A stretch of 39,487 nucleotides of DNA, taken from the NCBI GenBank assembly GCA_051276005.1, contig JBNMOZ010000001.1, positions 1 through 39,487 of the forward strand, written 5' to 3'. Source of the stretch: Bradymonadia bacterium (GTDB lineage: Bacteria > Myxococcota_A > Bradymonadia > UBA7976 > UBA1532). The translations under genes were made by a program, and so were the position numbers. The notes below the pieces were generated by a model. That model ran no database searches. It saw only the letters and a program-made list of their open reading frames with translations, and was not told where the DNA came from. Positions 25,272 to 34,272 of the stretch are shown in pieces (position 1 is the first letter of the stretch; each line of letters opens with the position of its first letter).

Positions 25272-27026
25272 ATGGCGTTGACCCGTGCACCGGGTGTCTA
25301 CTACGAGGCCAACGAGCGACGCGTCAGCGCCCTCGCTTTGGGCCAGACGGGCGTACCGGTCTTTATCGGCGTGACCCGTCGTGGTCCGCTCAACGCCCCT
25401 GTTCAAATTTTCAGCCAGGCCCAGTTCGCTGAGTTCTTTGGCGATCCTCTGCCCGACGGCTATCTAGGCGCCGCCCTGCATGGGTTCTTCGAGAATGGCG
25501 GCGAGACGTGCTGCATTCTGCGCATCGCGCGGGTCAACGGGCGCCATGACGACGAAGACATCGCTCAGGCAGCCCGCCGCTTGCTGCCGGACGGCGTCGG
25601 TCGCCCGACGCTACGCGTCCAAGCGCGCAACCCGGGGAGTTGGGGCAACGGACTGCATCTCGACCTCGATCGAGTCGCGTTGCAACGCACGTTCCTGATC
25701 CGCGACGCCGACAAGGGCGACCAGCACCTCCAGTTGAAGACGGCGCACGGCATCACCGTCGGCACCCTCATTGAGATTCAGGCCGACGAGACGATTCAGT
25801 GGACTGTCGTCAATCGCATCGAGGGCAAGCGCATCTCGCTGGTTGACCCCTTGGCGCAGGCCTTCGCCTCGGCTGCGCCGACCTACGTGACAGCGCATGT
25901 CTTCTCGTTGAGCGTCCGCGACCTCGAACAGTCCGAGCGTTTCGAGAACTTGTCGATCTACGGCAACAGCCCACGCTTCGTAGAACGTGTGGTCAATGAC
26001 CGCAGCCGGCTGATTCACGTCACTGCTTTGCGGCCCGACACGTCTCTTGACGCTGCGATGCCCAAGCCTTTGGCCAACGGCCCGCTGATCGGGGGCGCTG
26101 ACGGCGTCGCGGATCTAGGGCCTGAAGACTTCATCGGCCACGATCGAGGCCCCGCGGATCGGCAGGGCTTGATGTGCCTCGTCGAGTACCCCCAGATCGA
26201 CCTTATCGTGCTCCCCGATTTGATGAGCGCCTGGCAGAACAGTAAGCGGTTCAAGACGCTGCGTGACGTTGAGGCGGTCCAGGAGGCGGCGGTGAGCCTA
26301 TGCGAGCGGTCGTCAAACCGCTTCGCGATCCTCGACATGCCGCCGGGCGGCGACTTGGCTGAGGCCCAGCGGTGGCGTCGGCAGTTCGACTCGGCCCACG
26401 CCGCGCTGTACTTCCCCTGGCTGATCACGCTTGAGGACGGTCGCCGACGCGCGGTCCCGCCCAGCGGTCACATCGCAGGCATCTTCTCACGCAGCGATGC
26501 TTCGCATGGCGTGCACAAGGCGCCCGCGAACGAGATCGTCGAAGGCATCGTCGACCTCGAAGTGCTCTTGCAGGACGCGCACCTCGCGCTGCTCTACGAC
26601 AAGGGGATCAATTGTATCCGGCCGTTCGCATCGCGCGGTCTGCGGGTATGGGGCGCGCGCACCCTGTCGAGCGATCCAGAGTGGCGCTACATCAACGTGC
26701 GGCGCACCGTCAGCGCCATCGCGCAGGCCATTGAGAACGGCACTCAATGGGCCGTGTTCGAGCCGAACAACCCCGCGCTGTGGAAGCGACTTGTTTCGGT
26801 CATCTCGAGCTTCCTCGCGGGCTTGCGCGTTTTGGGAGTACTCGACGGCGCGACGCCCGACGAAGCCTTCTTCGTGCAGTGCGATCCCGAGACGAACCCC
26901 CCTGAATCTGTCGATCGCGGTATGCTCGTGACGCGCATCGGTCTCGCCGTGTCACGGCCAGTGGAATTCATCGTCTTCCGTCTGGCACAACGGTTGGAAA
27001 GTGAAGCGCAGGCGTCGGAGGAATAG
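25272..27026 (+). CDS. Contractile tail sheath protein, large form (584 aa, with an extra central domain)
   Basis: N-terminal APGVYYE......ALALGQTGVPVFIGVT.RGP. C-terminal ALYFPWL........VPPSGHIAGIFSRSDASHGVHKAPANE, GINCIRPFASRGLRVWGARTLSSDPEWRYINVRR. The C-terminal roughly 180 aa look about 60% identical to sheath 1 by eye. Confidence 0.92.
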   Translation: MALTRAPGVYYEANERRVSALALGQTGVPVFIGVTRRGPLNAPVQIFSQAQFAEFFGDPLPDGYLGAALHGFFENGGETCCILRIARVNGRHDDEDIAQAARRLLPDGVGRPTLRVQARNPGSWGNGLHLDLDRVALQRTFLIRDADKGDQHLQLKTAHGITVGTLIEIQADETIQWTVVNRIEGKRISLVDPLAQAFASAAPTYVTAHVFSLSVRDLEQSERFENLSIYGNSPRFVERVVNDRSRLIHVTALRPDTSLDAAMPKPLANGPLIGGADGVADLGPEDFIGHDRGPADRQGLMCLVEYPQIDLIVLPDLMSAWQNSKRFKTLRDVEAVQEAAVSLCERSSNRFAILDMPPGGDLAEAQRWRRQFDSAHAALYFPWLITLEDGRRRAVPPSGHIAGIFSRSDASHGVHKAPANEIVEGIVDLEVLLQDAHLALLYDKGINCIRPFASRGLRVWGARTLSSDPEWRYINVRRTVSAIAQAIENGTQWAVFEPNNPALWKRLVSVISSFLAGLRVLGVLDGATPDEAFFVQCDPETNPPESVDRGMLVTRIGLAVSRPVEFIVFRLAQRLESEAQASEE

Positions 27027-27029
27027 GTC

Positions 27030-27725
27030 ATGGCCGGAGCATCGAAAATTCAGCACCCATACGGCGCCTTCCGTTTCAAACTTGAGGTCGATGGCGTCGC
27101 GCTGGGGCACTTCAAGAGTTGCAGCGGGCTCAAGCACGAGATCGAGGTGCTCGAGTTTCAAGAGGGCGGCGCCAACGCGTTCAAGCACAAGCTCGTTGCG
27201 CAGGGCAGCTACCCGAACATCGTCTTGAAGATGGGGTTTGTCTCGAACGGCATCGCAGAGGATTGGCACTACGAGTACGCCGCCGCCGACGCCCAGAAGG
27301 GCGAGCGCAAGGGCGTGCGCATTTATCTGCTGGCGGACGACGCGCAGACGGACGTGGGCTCGTGGACGCTCAAGGACGCTTGGCCCGCCAAATGGGAAGG
27401 GCCGGAGTTCGACGGCACCAGCGACAACCTTGCCGTCGAGACACTCGAGATCGCGCACCACGGCATCCTGCGAGACAAGCAGAAGTCGTCACCGACGCTG
27501 GAACCGACCCAGCCACTCAAGGGCCGGGCGAGGAGCGGCAGCGCTGAACGCGGTCCATCGGTGCCGGGCGGTCCATCGCTGGCGGGCATGCTGCCAACGC
27601 CTAATATTCCCGGCGCGGGCGCAGTGCCGACCGATCCGGCTGCGGCTGCGCAGGCCGCTTTGGCCCGGGCGCGTGAAGGCGCCAAGGCCGCCGCCCGCAA
27701 TGCCATGCCGCGTCTGCCCTTCTGA
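27030..27725 (+). CDS. Second tube-family protein (Afp5-like) with a roughly 80-aa Pro/Gly/Ala-rich C-terminal extension
   Basis: AFRFKLEVDGVALGHFKSCSGLKHEIEVLEFQEGG......KLV.QGSYPNIVLKMG.......DW........RKGVRIYLL.......GSWTLKDAWPAKWEGPEFDG is the tube fold. Residues from about 150 to 231 are low complexity. GGAGGA RBS. The stop overlaps the next start (TGATG). Confidence 0.82.
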   Translation: MAGASKIQHPYGAFRFKLEVDGVALGHFKSCSGLKHEIEVLEFQEGGANAFKHKLVAQGSYPNIVLKMGFVSNGIAEDWHYEYAAADAQKGERKGVRIYLLADDAQTDVGSWTLKDAWPAKWEGPEFDGTSDNLAVETLEIAHHGILRDKQKSSPTLEPTQPLKGRARSGSAERGPSVPGGPSLAGMLPTPNIPGAGAVPTDPAAAAQAALARAREGAKAAARNAMPRLPF

Positions 27726-30700
27726 TGGTGGAGTCCGCGGCGCTGGAGCCGCTCGCGCTCGACGTCGTGCGCGACCCGGTCTCGGCTCTCGGGGCTCGGC
27801 TGGATCGCTACGCCGGTCATCTCTCAGATCGCCTCAGTGGTTTTGGGAGCAGCGCTGCTGGTCCACGTGGCCGGTCGCTGCTGAGCAGCCTGTCGAATCG
27901 ATGGTCGATGCCAGGCGCAGGTGCCGGGCTCATCGAGGTCTTTGACGGGTCAGATTTCGGCGGGCTGGTTCGCCACTGGGGCACCCGTGAGGGCTACGGT
28001 GACACGGCGTACGGCACTCAGAGTCCGTTCGTCGTCCCGGTCGATCCCATCGAGCATGTCGAAGGCATCAGCGGCGCACATCTGCGGCGTCAGCCTGATC
28101 GGCGACGTGCACTGCGGCCGGTGGGTCTGCGATCGCAGCGCCCGTCGCAACGTCCACGGGCCATTGAACAGTGGCGTCCCTTGAGCGCCCGGCGCACACC
28201 CGTCAACACCCAAGCCCGCGCTGCGTCAACGCGCTTTACCGCGTATCCAGCTGCGATGGGCCAAGCCGGCGCCATCGACGCGACGCTGCTCCGGTTCCCA
28301 ACGGCGCAAGCCGAGATCGCCGATGGACCCGATCGCGCCGTCGTGACAGACCGCGGCTCGAACTCGATCGCGTGGGCACCGACCGCCAGCCGAACGCCCG
28401 CCATTCAGGCCGCCGAGCGACTCAGCGCCGATGTGGCTGCTCGACTCGCGCCGGCCCCCGCCGCTGAGCTGGGCGCGTGGCTCGTGCCGGCGTCGTCCCC
28501 CGAATCTGACGACGCCCTGGTGCAGCGCATGCCGCGCGCCCGATTGGCGAGGCTTCGACTCGATGCTCGAGTGCCGATCGCCGCGTTTGTGCCGCGCATC
28601 GGGCGCGCTGCGGTTGACGAGACGTCCAGCCCGGATGCGCCATGGCCTGCCGAAGGCATCCCCGGCGCGCTGATCGAGGCTCGCCGGCAAGAGCCGACCT
28701 CGGATGCGGCCGTCGCAGGTCGCGCGCCGACCCCGCTTGATGCTCGACGAGCGGTGGTCGATCGCGGGGAATCAACCAGTGCGCCCAAGCCAGCGGCAGA
28801 CGCGCTCAGCGCGCAAATCATCGCGCGCACGGCAACGCGCGCCGAGAATCGTCCGCTTGCGGCGTTGAGCCGGGGTCTGCAGCCACCCGCAGGCAATCCG
28901 ATGTCTGGCGCTGCCGAGCCGCACCCAGCGTTGCCCTGGCAGCCGCCGAGCACACCAGCACCGGGAGGCGCGCTATTCGTGCCGGCCGCTTTGGCGCGCT
29001 TGGCCGCGCAGGTCGCAGAGACGGTGCGCCCCAGCGAGGCTCCACGCGCAGACTGGCCGTGGGAGCGCGCGGATTCGATGCCCGCGACATCGTTCGTGAT
29101 GGCCGACCTGGCCGCCGATGGCGTGCTCGTGCAGCCTGCCCAGGCGCGGGCCACTGAATCTGAATTCGGAGACGTCGGTCGCACGCGATCCGCGACGGAT
29201 CGACCGACGTCCATTTCGTCTGCGGCGCTCGCGCGTCCCCCAGATGCGACACGGCGAGCCACGGTCCAGCCGCTCTCCTCGGCCAGCCAGCGCCGGGCGG
29301 CCCGTCAGCCTGTCGCCCGCACAGCACAGCAGGCCGCCACTCAGATCGCTGCCCGAGTTGAAGCGCGCTTGGCGCGTGTCCTCGCGGCGAGCGCGACCCG
29401 AACCAGCCCAGTCACGCTCTCGAACTTGCTGACTCACGCCCGAGACGGCGCATCGGACGCGGTTTGGCAGGCCAAAATTGCGGCTGATCCTGCGCTGGCG
29501 CAAGTGCTTGGGCAGGTCGATCGACTGACACCACGCACCTCGATGACCGCGCCAATGCCGGCGTCGGGCTTGACTGGCCGATCGGCCTCGGCCATGTCCG
29601 GTCAGCGCTCAACGGGGGCCCATCGGGCCCGCCTCGAAGACGGGCTGTCGGTCCTCAGTGGCGCGCCGGTCAGCGCGACACTCCTCTCGCCGTCCTGGTC
29701 GCAGATGTCACCCATCGCCCGTGCCGTGCTTGGCGCGGCCGGCTTCGGCCCAGAGGCCGACCGGCAGCCTGGGCCGGCGTTTTCATTCGGAGAGCGGCTG
29801 GCGGCGGTCGCTGCAGACCTGTCTTCGCGACATGGGCTCTCGACCGAGTCGAGCGTTGCGGGCGGGTTGGATGCAGCCTGGTTCAGCGAGCCGACGGGCA
29901 CGCTCGTGCTTCCGATGACGGCTGATCCGTCGCGTGATCAAGAGGCTGCGTCCGTGACCATGCGCGCGGACTCGCCCGGCCGAACGGCGCGTGCGCGCGC
30001 AGCAGAGCGCGCAGTGCCCCCGGTCGCGACCGACGAAAGTGGCGCCGCTGCGTCCTTCCCACCGAGCGCCCTCTCGGGGTCGCGCACGCTTGTGGGTCTG
30101 CCTGCTGCGCTGCAGGCCGCATTGCGTGGCGCACAGCGGCGCGGCCCAGCGGCGCGCTTGCGTCCGGTCCCCCGTTTAACGCGCGTCAACGCGCCCATCG
30201 CGCCCGAAGCGATGGCGATGCTGACGCAGGTGCAGACCACACCACCGGCGGTCGTCGCGATCCTGGCGCGCGCGGAGCGATTGCTCGCGGGCGGACAAGC
30301 GGCTGCGATCTCGGCGTTGGCGCAGTCGGCCGATATGCCATCCCTCATCACGCTCGCGCGGCTGGCCGAGGCGCCTGATGCCTTGGCCGCGCTGTCGGAT
30401 GTGAAGCGCGCGCCGGGTATTCTTCGCGCGCTCGCTCGCCTGACGGCGACGCCGGATTCGCGCGCGACTGCAGACGACGTCCCTCTGCGCGCGTTCAGGC
30501 GGCTTGAGCAGCCGGGTGGTCCGCGGCTCGACACACTTGAATCGCTGGATGCGGCGCTGGTTGAGATCGTCGGTGACGCCCCGGCGTTCTCTGACAATAC
30601 GCCGGGCGCACCGCACCGTCGTGAAGCAGATCAGCGCCGTCCATCTGAGCCAGCGCCTGCGCGGCTCGCTGAGTCGCTCAGGACGCTGACCAGCGCCCTG

Positions 30701-32416
30701 CCGGCAGCGCTGCGTGCTGCGTTGGCCGCGGCCACGGCCCCTGCACGTTCAGGTGGCCGACCATTGCGCCCGACGGCGGGTGCGGCGCAGGCGCGAAGCC
30801 AAGCGCGTAGCGACACCCTTGCCTCGGTGAGCGCGCGACGGGACGGATTTTCGGTTGGCGCCATCGGCCTGGTCGCGCGCCGCGCGGCTGATTGGGCACA
30901 ACTGGCAGAGGCGGCAGCGCCGCGTGGGTTCGAAGCGTTGGCAACTCAGACGGGCGACAGCGCGCAATCGCCGATCGCGAGTCGAGTGCTGGCGCCGCGG
31001 ACGATGGTCGCCGACGAGATGATTCGGACTTGGGTCACGCAGTCAGGCGAGCCCGGTGTCGCGGGCGAGTCGGCAACTCGGCCTGCTGCAGTCGAGCGCA
31101 CGCGTGCCGCGCCCATCGGGCTCAGTGGTCGTCGCTCGGCGGCGTTCGCGCATACGCTAGACGGCCTGGGTGAGGCGCCGGCATCGCAGGTGCGCCGCTC
31201 GATCTGGCAGGCGCCAGATGCCTGGACATTCATTGCGTCGGCGGCCGGCGCCGACGGGGCAACGCAGTCGGCCACCCGCACTCCGTTTGCGCCTCAATCA
31301 ACATCGGCCGCGCGACATCGCGAGGCGATGAGCCTGACCAGTCATGGCGTTGCGGCGCCCAGCGGCGCAGATCCCGACGCAGGTGCGACGCGCAGGGCGG
31401 CTATCCAACAGACGGCGATGGGCGTGCCTGGCGGCAAGCTGCGTTGGCCGCAAGCGACCTTCAGTTGGGTCCAGGCTGCTGCTGCAGAGGCGGGGTCGAC
31501 GATCGGGGATGCGTCTTTGCCAGCACGCGAGCAAATGACAGGCTCAGCGGCCCGGCGACGCGCGTTTGTGCCGAAGGCGTTCGCGGGCATTGCGAGTCTG
31601 CGCAGCCTGGGCGTCAGCGATCGAATCCTGATGCAGAGCCTGAATGGTCTCGGTGTCTTCGGTGCACCGGCGAGCCCCCGCACCAGCGCGGATCCACTCG
31701 GCCCCATGGGCGCGACCCCCCGCATGGATTTGGAGTTGGCGCTGCCCGGGTCGACTGAGTCGTCCGCGTCGAACGCCGAACGCTTTGCCGACGAGACGTT
31801 TGCGCGCCAAGCACGCATCTCGGCCGCCAACGCACCCAGCCCGCGCTCGGCCGATACGCCTGAGTTCGACGTCGACTGGGTGCAACCGGTCAAGGCCGTG
31901 TCCGATGAGAGCGCGCAGCTCGCTCCGCGCCTGCGATCGCCGAGCAACATCAGCCGGGCGCTCGACGTCTGGGTCGATGCCGTGAAGGCTGAAGCCGTGC
32001 GCTCGCCGTCGGCTGCGCGCAATGCCCTGGGCAGCGTGGGCCAGCTCATCGCGCAGTTCAGCACGCCCGCCGTCTCGAACACCCGCGTTCGACCGTCGAA
32101 CGTCTTGCGCGGATCGCTCTTTGGCGGGCGCAGCGCGTCGCCGGTGACCCTCGAGGCGCCCCAAGAGGGCGACGCGCGCCCGGCCTTGATCCGTCCAGGC
32201 GAGCACGCAGCCCGGCAGGCGTTGCGCAAGGGCAACGACGTGGTGCAGGCCAGCCAGGCCACGACCACCGAAGAGGCCCGGCACAAAAATTCGGAGCAGA
32301 CCGACGAGTTGATTCCGCCTGAAGAGGTGGAGCGTCTCGCCGCCGAAGTCATCGATAGAATCAAGCGCGAGCTGGAGTTCGACGCCGCTCGGATGGGAGA
32401 AGACGGATGGGATTAG
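27725..32416 (+). CDS. Giant (1563 aa) Ala/Arg/Pro/Ser-rich low-complexity protein in the tape-measure position
   Basis: A single 4.7-kb open frame is translationally coupled at both ends (TGATG at 27723-27727; 10-nt overlap with the LysM gene). Antisense ORFs are fragmented. Only the first roughly 120 aa and last roughly 60 aa (ELIPPEEVERLAAEVIDRIKRELEFDAARMGEDGWD) look like ordinary folded or helical sequence. The tape-measure call rests on synteny only. Confidence 0.5.
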   Translation: MVESAALEPLALDVVRDPVSALGARLDRYAGHLSDRLSGFGSSAAGPRGRSLLSSLSNRWSMPGAGAGLIEVFDGSDFGGLVRHWGTREGYGDTAYGTQSPFVVPVDPIEHVEGISGAHLRRQPDRRRALRPVGLRSQRPSQRPRAIEQWRPLSARRTPVNTQARAASTRFTAYPAAMGQAGAIDATLLRFPTAQAEIADGPDRAVVTDRGSNSIAWAPTASRTPAIQAAERLSADVAARLAPAPAAELGAWLVPASSPESDDALVQRMPRARLARLRLDARVPIAAFVPRIGRAAVDETSSPDAPWPAEGIPGALIEARRQEPTSDAAVAGRAPTPLDARRAVVDRGESTSAPKPAADALSAQIIARTATRAENRPLAALSRGLQPPAGNPMSGAAEPHPALPWQPPSTPAPGGALFVPAALARLAAQVAETVRPSEAPRADWPWERADSMPATSFVMADLAADGVLVQPAQARATESEFGDVGRTRSATDRPTSISSAALARPPDATRRATVQPLSSASQRRAARQPVARTAQQAATQIAARVEARLARVLAASATRTSPVTLSNLLTHARDGASDAVWQAKIAADPALAQVLGQVDRLTPRTSMTAPMPASGLTGRSASAMSGQRSTGAHRARLEDGLSVLSGAPVSATLLSPSWSQMSPIARAVLGAAGFGPEADRQPGPAFSFGERLAAVAADLSSRHGLSTESSVAGGLDAAWFSEPTGTLVLPMTADPSRDQEAASVTMRADSPGRTARARAAERAVPPVATDESGAAASFPPSALSGSRTLVGLPAALQAALRGAQRRGPAARLRPVPRLTRVNAPIAPEAMAMLTQVQTTPPAVVAILARAERLLAGGQAAAISALAQSADMPSLITLARLAEAPDALAALSDVKRAPGILRALARLTATPDSRATADDVPLRAFRRLEQPGGPRLDTLESLDAALVEIVGDAPAFSDNTPGAPHRREADQRRPSEPAPARLAESLRTLTSALPAALRAALAAATAPARSGGRPLRPTAGAAQARSQARSDTLASVSARRDGFSVGAIGLVARRAADWAQLAEAAAPRGFEALATQTGDSAQSPIASRVLAPRTMVADEMIRTWVTQSGEPGVAGESATRPAAVERTRAAPIGLSGRRSAAFAHTLDGLGEAPASQVRRSIWQAPDAWTFIASAAGADGATQSATRTPFAPQSTSAARHREAMSLTSHGVAAPSGADPDAGATRRAAIQQTAMGVPGGKLRWPQATFSWVQAAAAEAGSTIGDASLPAREQMTGSAARRRAFVPKAFAGIASLRSLGVSDRILMQSLNGLGVFGAPASPRTSADPLGPMGATPRMDLELALPGSTESSASNAERFADETFARQARISAANAPSPRSADTPEFDVDWVQPVKAVSDESAQLAPRLRSPSNISRALDVWVDAVKAEAVRSPSAARNALGSVGQLIAQFSTPAVSNTRVRPSNVLRGSLFGGRSASPVTLEAPQEGDARPALIRPGEHAARQALRKGNDVVQASQATTTEEARHKNSEQTDELIPPEEVERLAAEVIDRIKRELEFDAARMGEDGWD

Positions 32417-33048
32417 CCAAGCTGACCATCACGCCGCTCGACAAGAATAAGGCCGAGCTGACGACGGGCGCGCTTAAGGCGCTCTTTAATCCCAAGGAGT
32501 ATACGATCTCCAAGAGCGTACCGTGGAACCCGCAGGCGACCGCGGGCCTCGACGCGCCAGAGATGCAGTTCACCATGGGGCAGGGTGAGACGCTCAAGCT
32601 CGAGCTGTTCTTCGACACCTATGAAACCCGCAGCCCGGTGACAGCGCACACCGACAAGCTGCATAAAATGGCTCTGATTGATGCGGATTTGCATCGGCCT
32701 CCCATGGTCTTGCTCAGCTGGGGCAAGCTCAAGTTTCGCGGAGTGATCGAGTCGCTGACGCATCGCTTCACGATGTTTCTCGAGGATGGCACGCCCGTGC
32801 GGGCGACCTGCTCGGTCAACCTGCGTGAGGCCCGCGACGCGAGTGAGCAGGCCAAAGACACCAAGAAGGCCAGCCCCGACCACGCCAAGCTGCGTGCCGT
32901 TCGCCGGGGCGAGACGCTGCAGAGCATCGCGGCCGAAGAGTATGACGATCCCGGCGAATGGCGACGCATCGCCAACGCCAACAGCATCGATGATCCGTTC
33001 CGGCTCGAGCCCGGGATTCGGCTGATCGTGCCCCCGATTCTGAGCTAG
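32407..33048 (+). CDS. CIS tube-initiator-like protein with a C-terminal LysM domain (Afp7-like)
   Basis: The N-terminal LKALFNPKEYTISKSVPW............F.MGQGETLKLELFFDTY is the CIS tube-protein N-terminal pattern. C-terminal LysM: VRRGETLQSIAAEEYDDPGEWRRIANANSIDDPFRLEPGIRLIVP. Confidence 0.82.
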   Translation: MGLAKLTITPLDKNKAELTTGALKALFNPKEYTISKSVPWNPQATAGLDAPEMQFTMGQGETLKLELFFDTYETRSPVTAHTDKLHKMALIDADLHRPPMVLLSWGKLKFRGVIESLTHRFTMFLEDGTPVRATCSVNLREARDASEQAKDTKKASPDHAKLRAVRRGETLQSIAAEEYDDPGEWRRIANANSIDDPFRLEPGIRLIVPPILS

Positions 33049-33059
33049 CTGGGTGTTGC

Positions 33060-34148
33060 ATGGCTGACGATAAATGGGTCCCTGAATACAAAATCAAGGT
33101 CGACGGCAAGGAGATGCCGGCCGACGATCGAGCACATCTGCAGCAGATCCTGGTGGATCTGCGGCGGCAGTCGCCGGCCAGCGTGGAGTTGCAGTTCAAC
33201 AACCACGGGGGCGACTTCGATGAACGCGCAGAGTACGCGCCGGGCGCGGCGGTCGAGGTGGCCATGGGCTACACGATCAGCGGCACCGAGGTCGTCTTCA
33301 CCGGCGAGATCATCGGCAACCAGGTCAAGCTGGCCGAGAACGCGCCGCGGCTGTTCATCGTGCGTGCCTTCGATCACCTGCATCGCATGACGCGGGGGCG
33401 CAAGACGCGCACGTTTCTGGATACGAAGTTCAGCGACATCGTCACGACCGTGGCCGCGGACTCGAGCCTGAGCCCCGAGGTCGACGACACCGCCTTCGTG
33501 CGTGAGTACGTGATCCAGCACAACCAGACCGACTTTGACTTCGTGCGCGGCATCGCGGGCTGGCTCGACTTTGACCTGCATGTGCGTCATCGCGAGGGCG
33601 CGAACACGCTGCGTTTCAAGAAGCCTGACGTGACCGGCGAGGCCATCGTGACGGCCATTTATGAGAAGCCCAACGTCGAAGGCGATGAGGTGCATCTGCG
33701 CCGCTTCGATGGGCGGCTGTCTTTGGCGCGCGTGGTCAGCGAGGTGACGGTTCGTGGGTGGAACCCGGCCGAAAAGAAGGAGATCGTCGGCAAGAAGGCC
33801 GAACTCTACGGCGCGATGGGCGGAGAGTCACCCGCCACCGATGAGATCAGAGAGAAGTGGGGCGAGACCGACCGACAGATCGTCGACTACAAGGTCTTCA
33901 GCCAAGAAGAGGCCGACAAGATCGCCGAGACCAAGGTCAACGAGTACGCGCGCACCTTCATCAAGGCCGACATCGAGCTTCGCGGCCACGTCGAGCTGCA
34001 GCCGGGCACGATCCTCAAGGTCGAGCGGGTGGGCCCGCGGTTCGACGGCAAGTACTTCATCGAGCAGGTGACCCATCGCTTCATCTCGAAGGTCTTGCCG
34101 CGCAGTGGCTACACGTCGACCGTGCGCGCCGCGCGCTGCGACTGGTAG
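33060..34148 (+). CDS. Phage late control gene D (gpD) / VgrG N-terminal-like baseplate hub protein
   Basis: ...V.V.MGY......VFTGEI.......E......IVRAFD.LHRMTRGRKTRTF.D.K.SDIV..VA..S.L..EVD.T....EYV.Q.NQTDFDF....A....FDL.V and the C-terminal G.ILKVE.VG.RFDGKY.IEQVTH.F...GYTSTV are the Phage_GPD pattern. There is no gp5 OB-fold or beta-helix extension. Confidence 0.85.
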   Translation: MADDKWVPEYKIKVDGKEMPADDRAHLQQILVDLRRQSPASVELQFNNHGGDFDERAEYAPGAAVEVAMGYTISGTEVVFTGEIIGNQVKLAENAPRLFIVRAFDHLHRMTRGRKTRTFLDTKFSDIVTTVAADSSLSPEVDDTAFVREYVIQHNQTDFDFVRGIAGWLDFDLHVRHREGANTLRFKKPDVTGEAIVTAIYEKPNVEGDEVHLRRFDGRLSLARVVSEVTVRGWNPAEKKEIVGKKAELYGAMGGESPATDEIREKWGETDRQIVDYKVFSQEEADKIAETKVNEYARTFIKADIELRGHVELQPGTILKVERVGPRFDGKYFIEQVTHRFISKVLPRSGYTSTVRAARCDW

Positions 34149-34250
34149 CGATTCGCCCGCGCAGTAATTGCACGGTCAGATCTGTTCGCAGAGCCGGTTT
34201 GAGGAGTGCGCCATCGAACTCATCAGGGTCGAGGCGTGGTGCGGCAGCGA

Positions 34251-34269
34251 CTGCCCGGGGCCCTGGCAG
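34251..34269. terminator. GC-rich hairpin between convergent gpD and rsmA (candidate bidirectional terminator, no U-tract)
   Basis: CTGCCCGG-GGC-CCTGGCAG forms 7 of 8 possible pairs. A neighbouring GGCAG(34243-34247)-CGA-CTGCC(34251-34255) mini-hairpin shares one arm. It ends 3 nt before the rsmA stop codon. Confidence 0.3.
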
Positions 34270-34272
34270 GCC

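Noticed and set aside
28405-32364. Several 170-340-aa minus-strand and alternative-frame ORFs inside the giant gene (for example 28405..29262, 29938..30597, 31342..32364)
   Set aside because: They are fragmented, whereas the + frame is open for 4.7 kb and coupled to both neighbours. They are a consequence of Ala/Arg/Pro codon bias.
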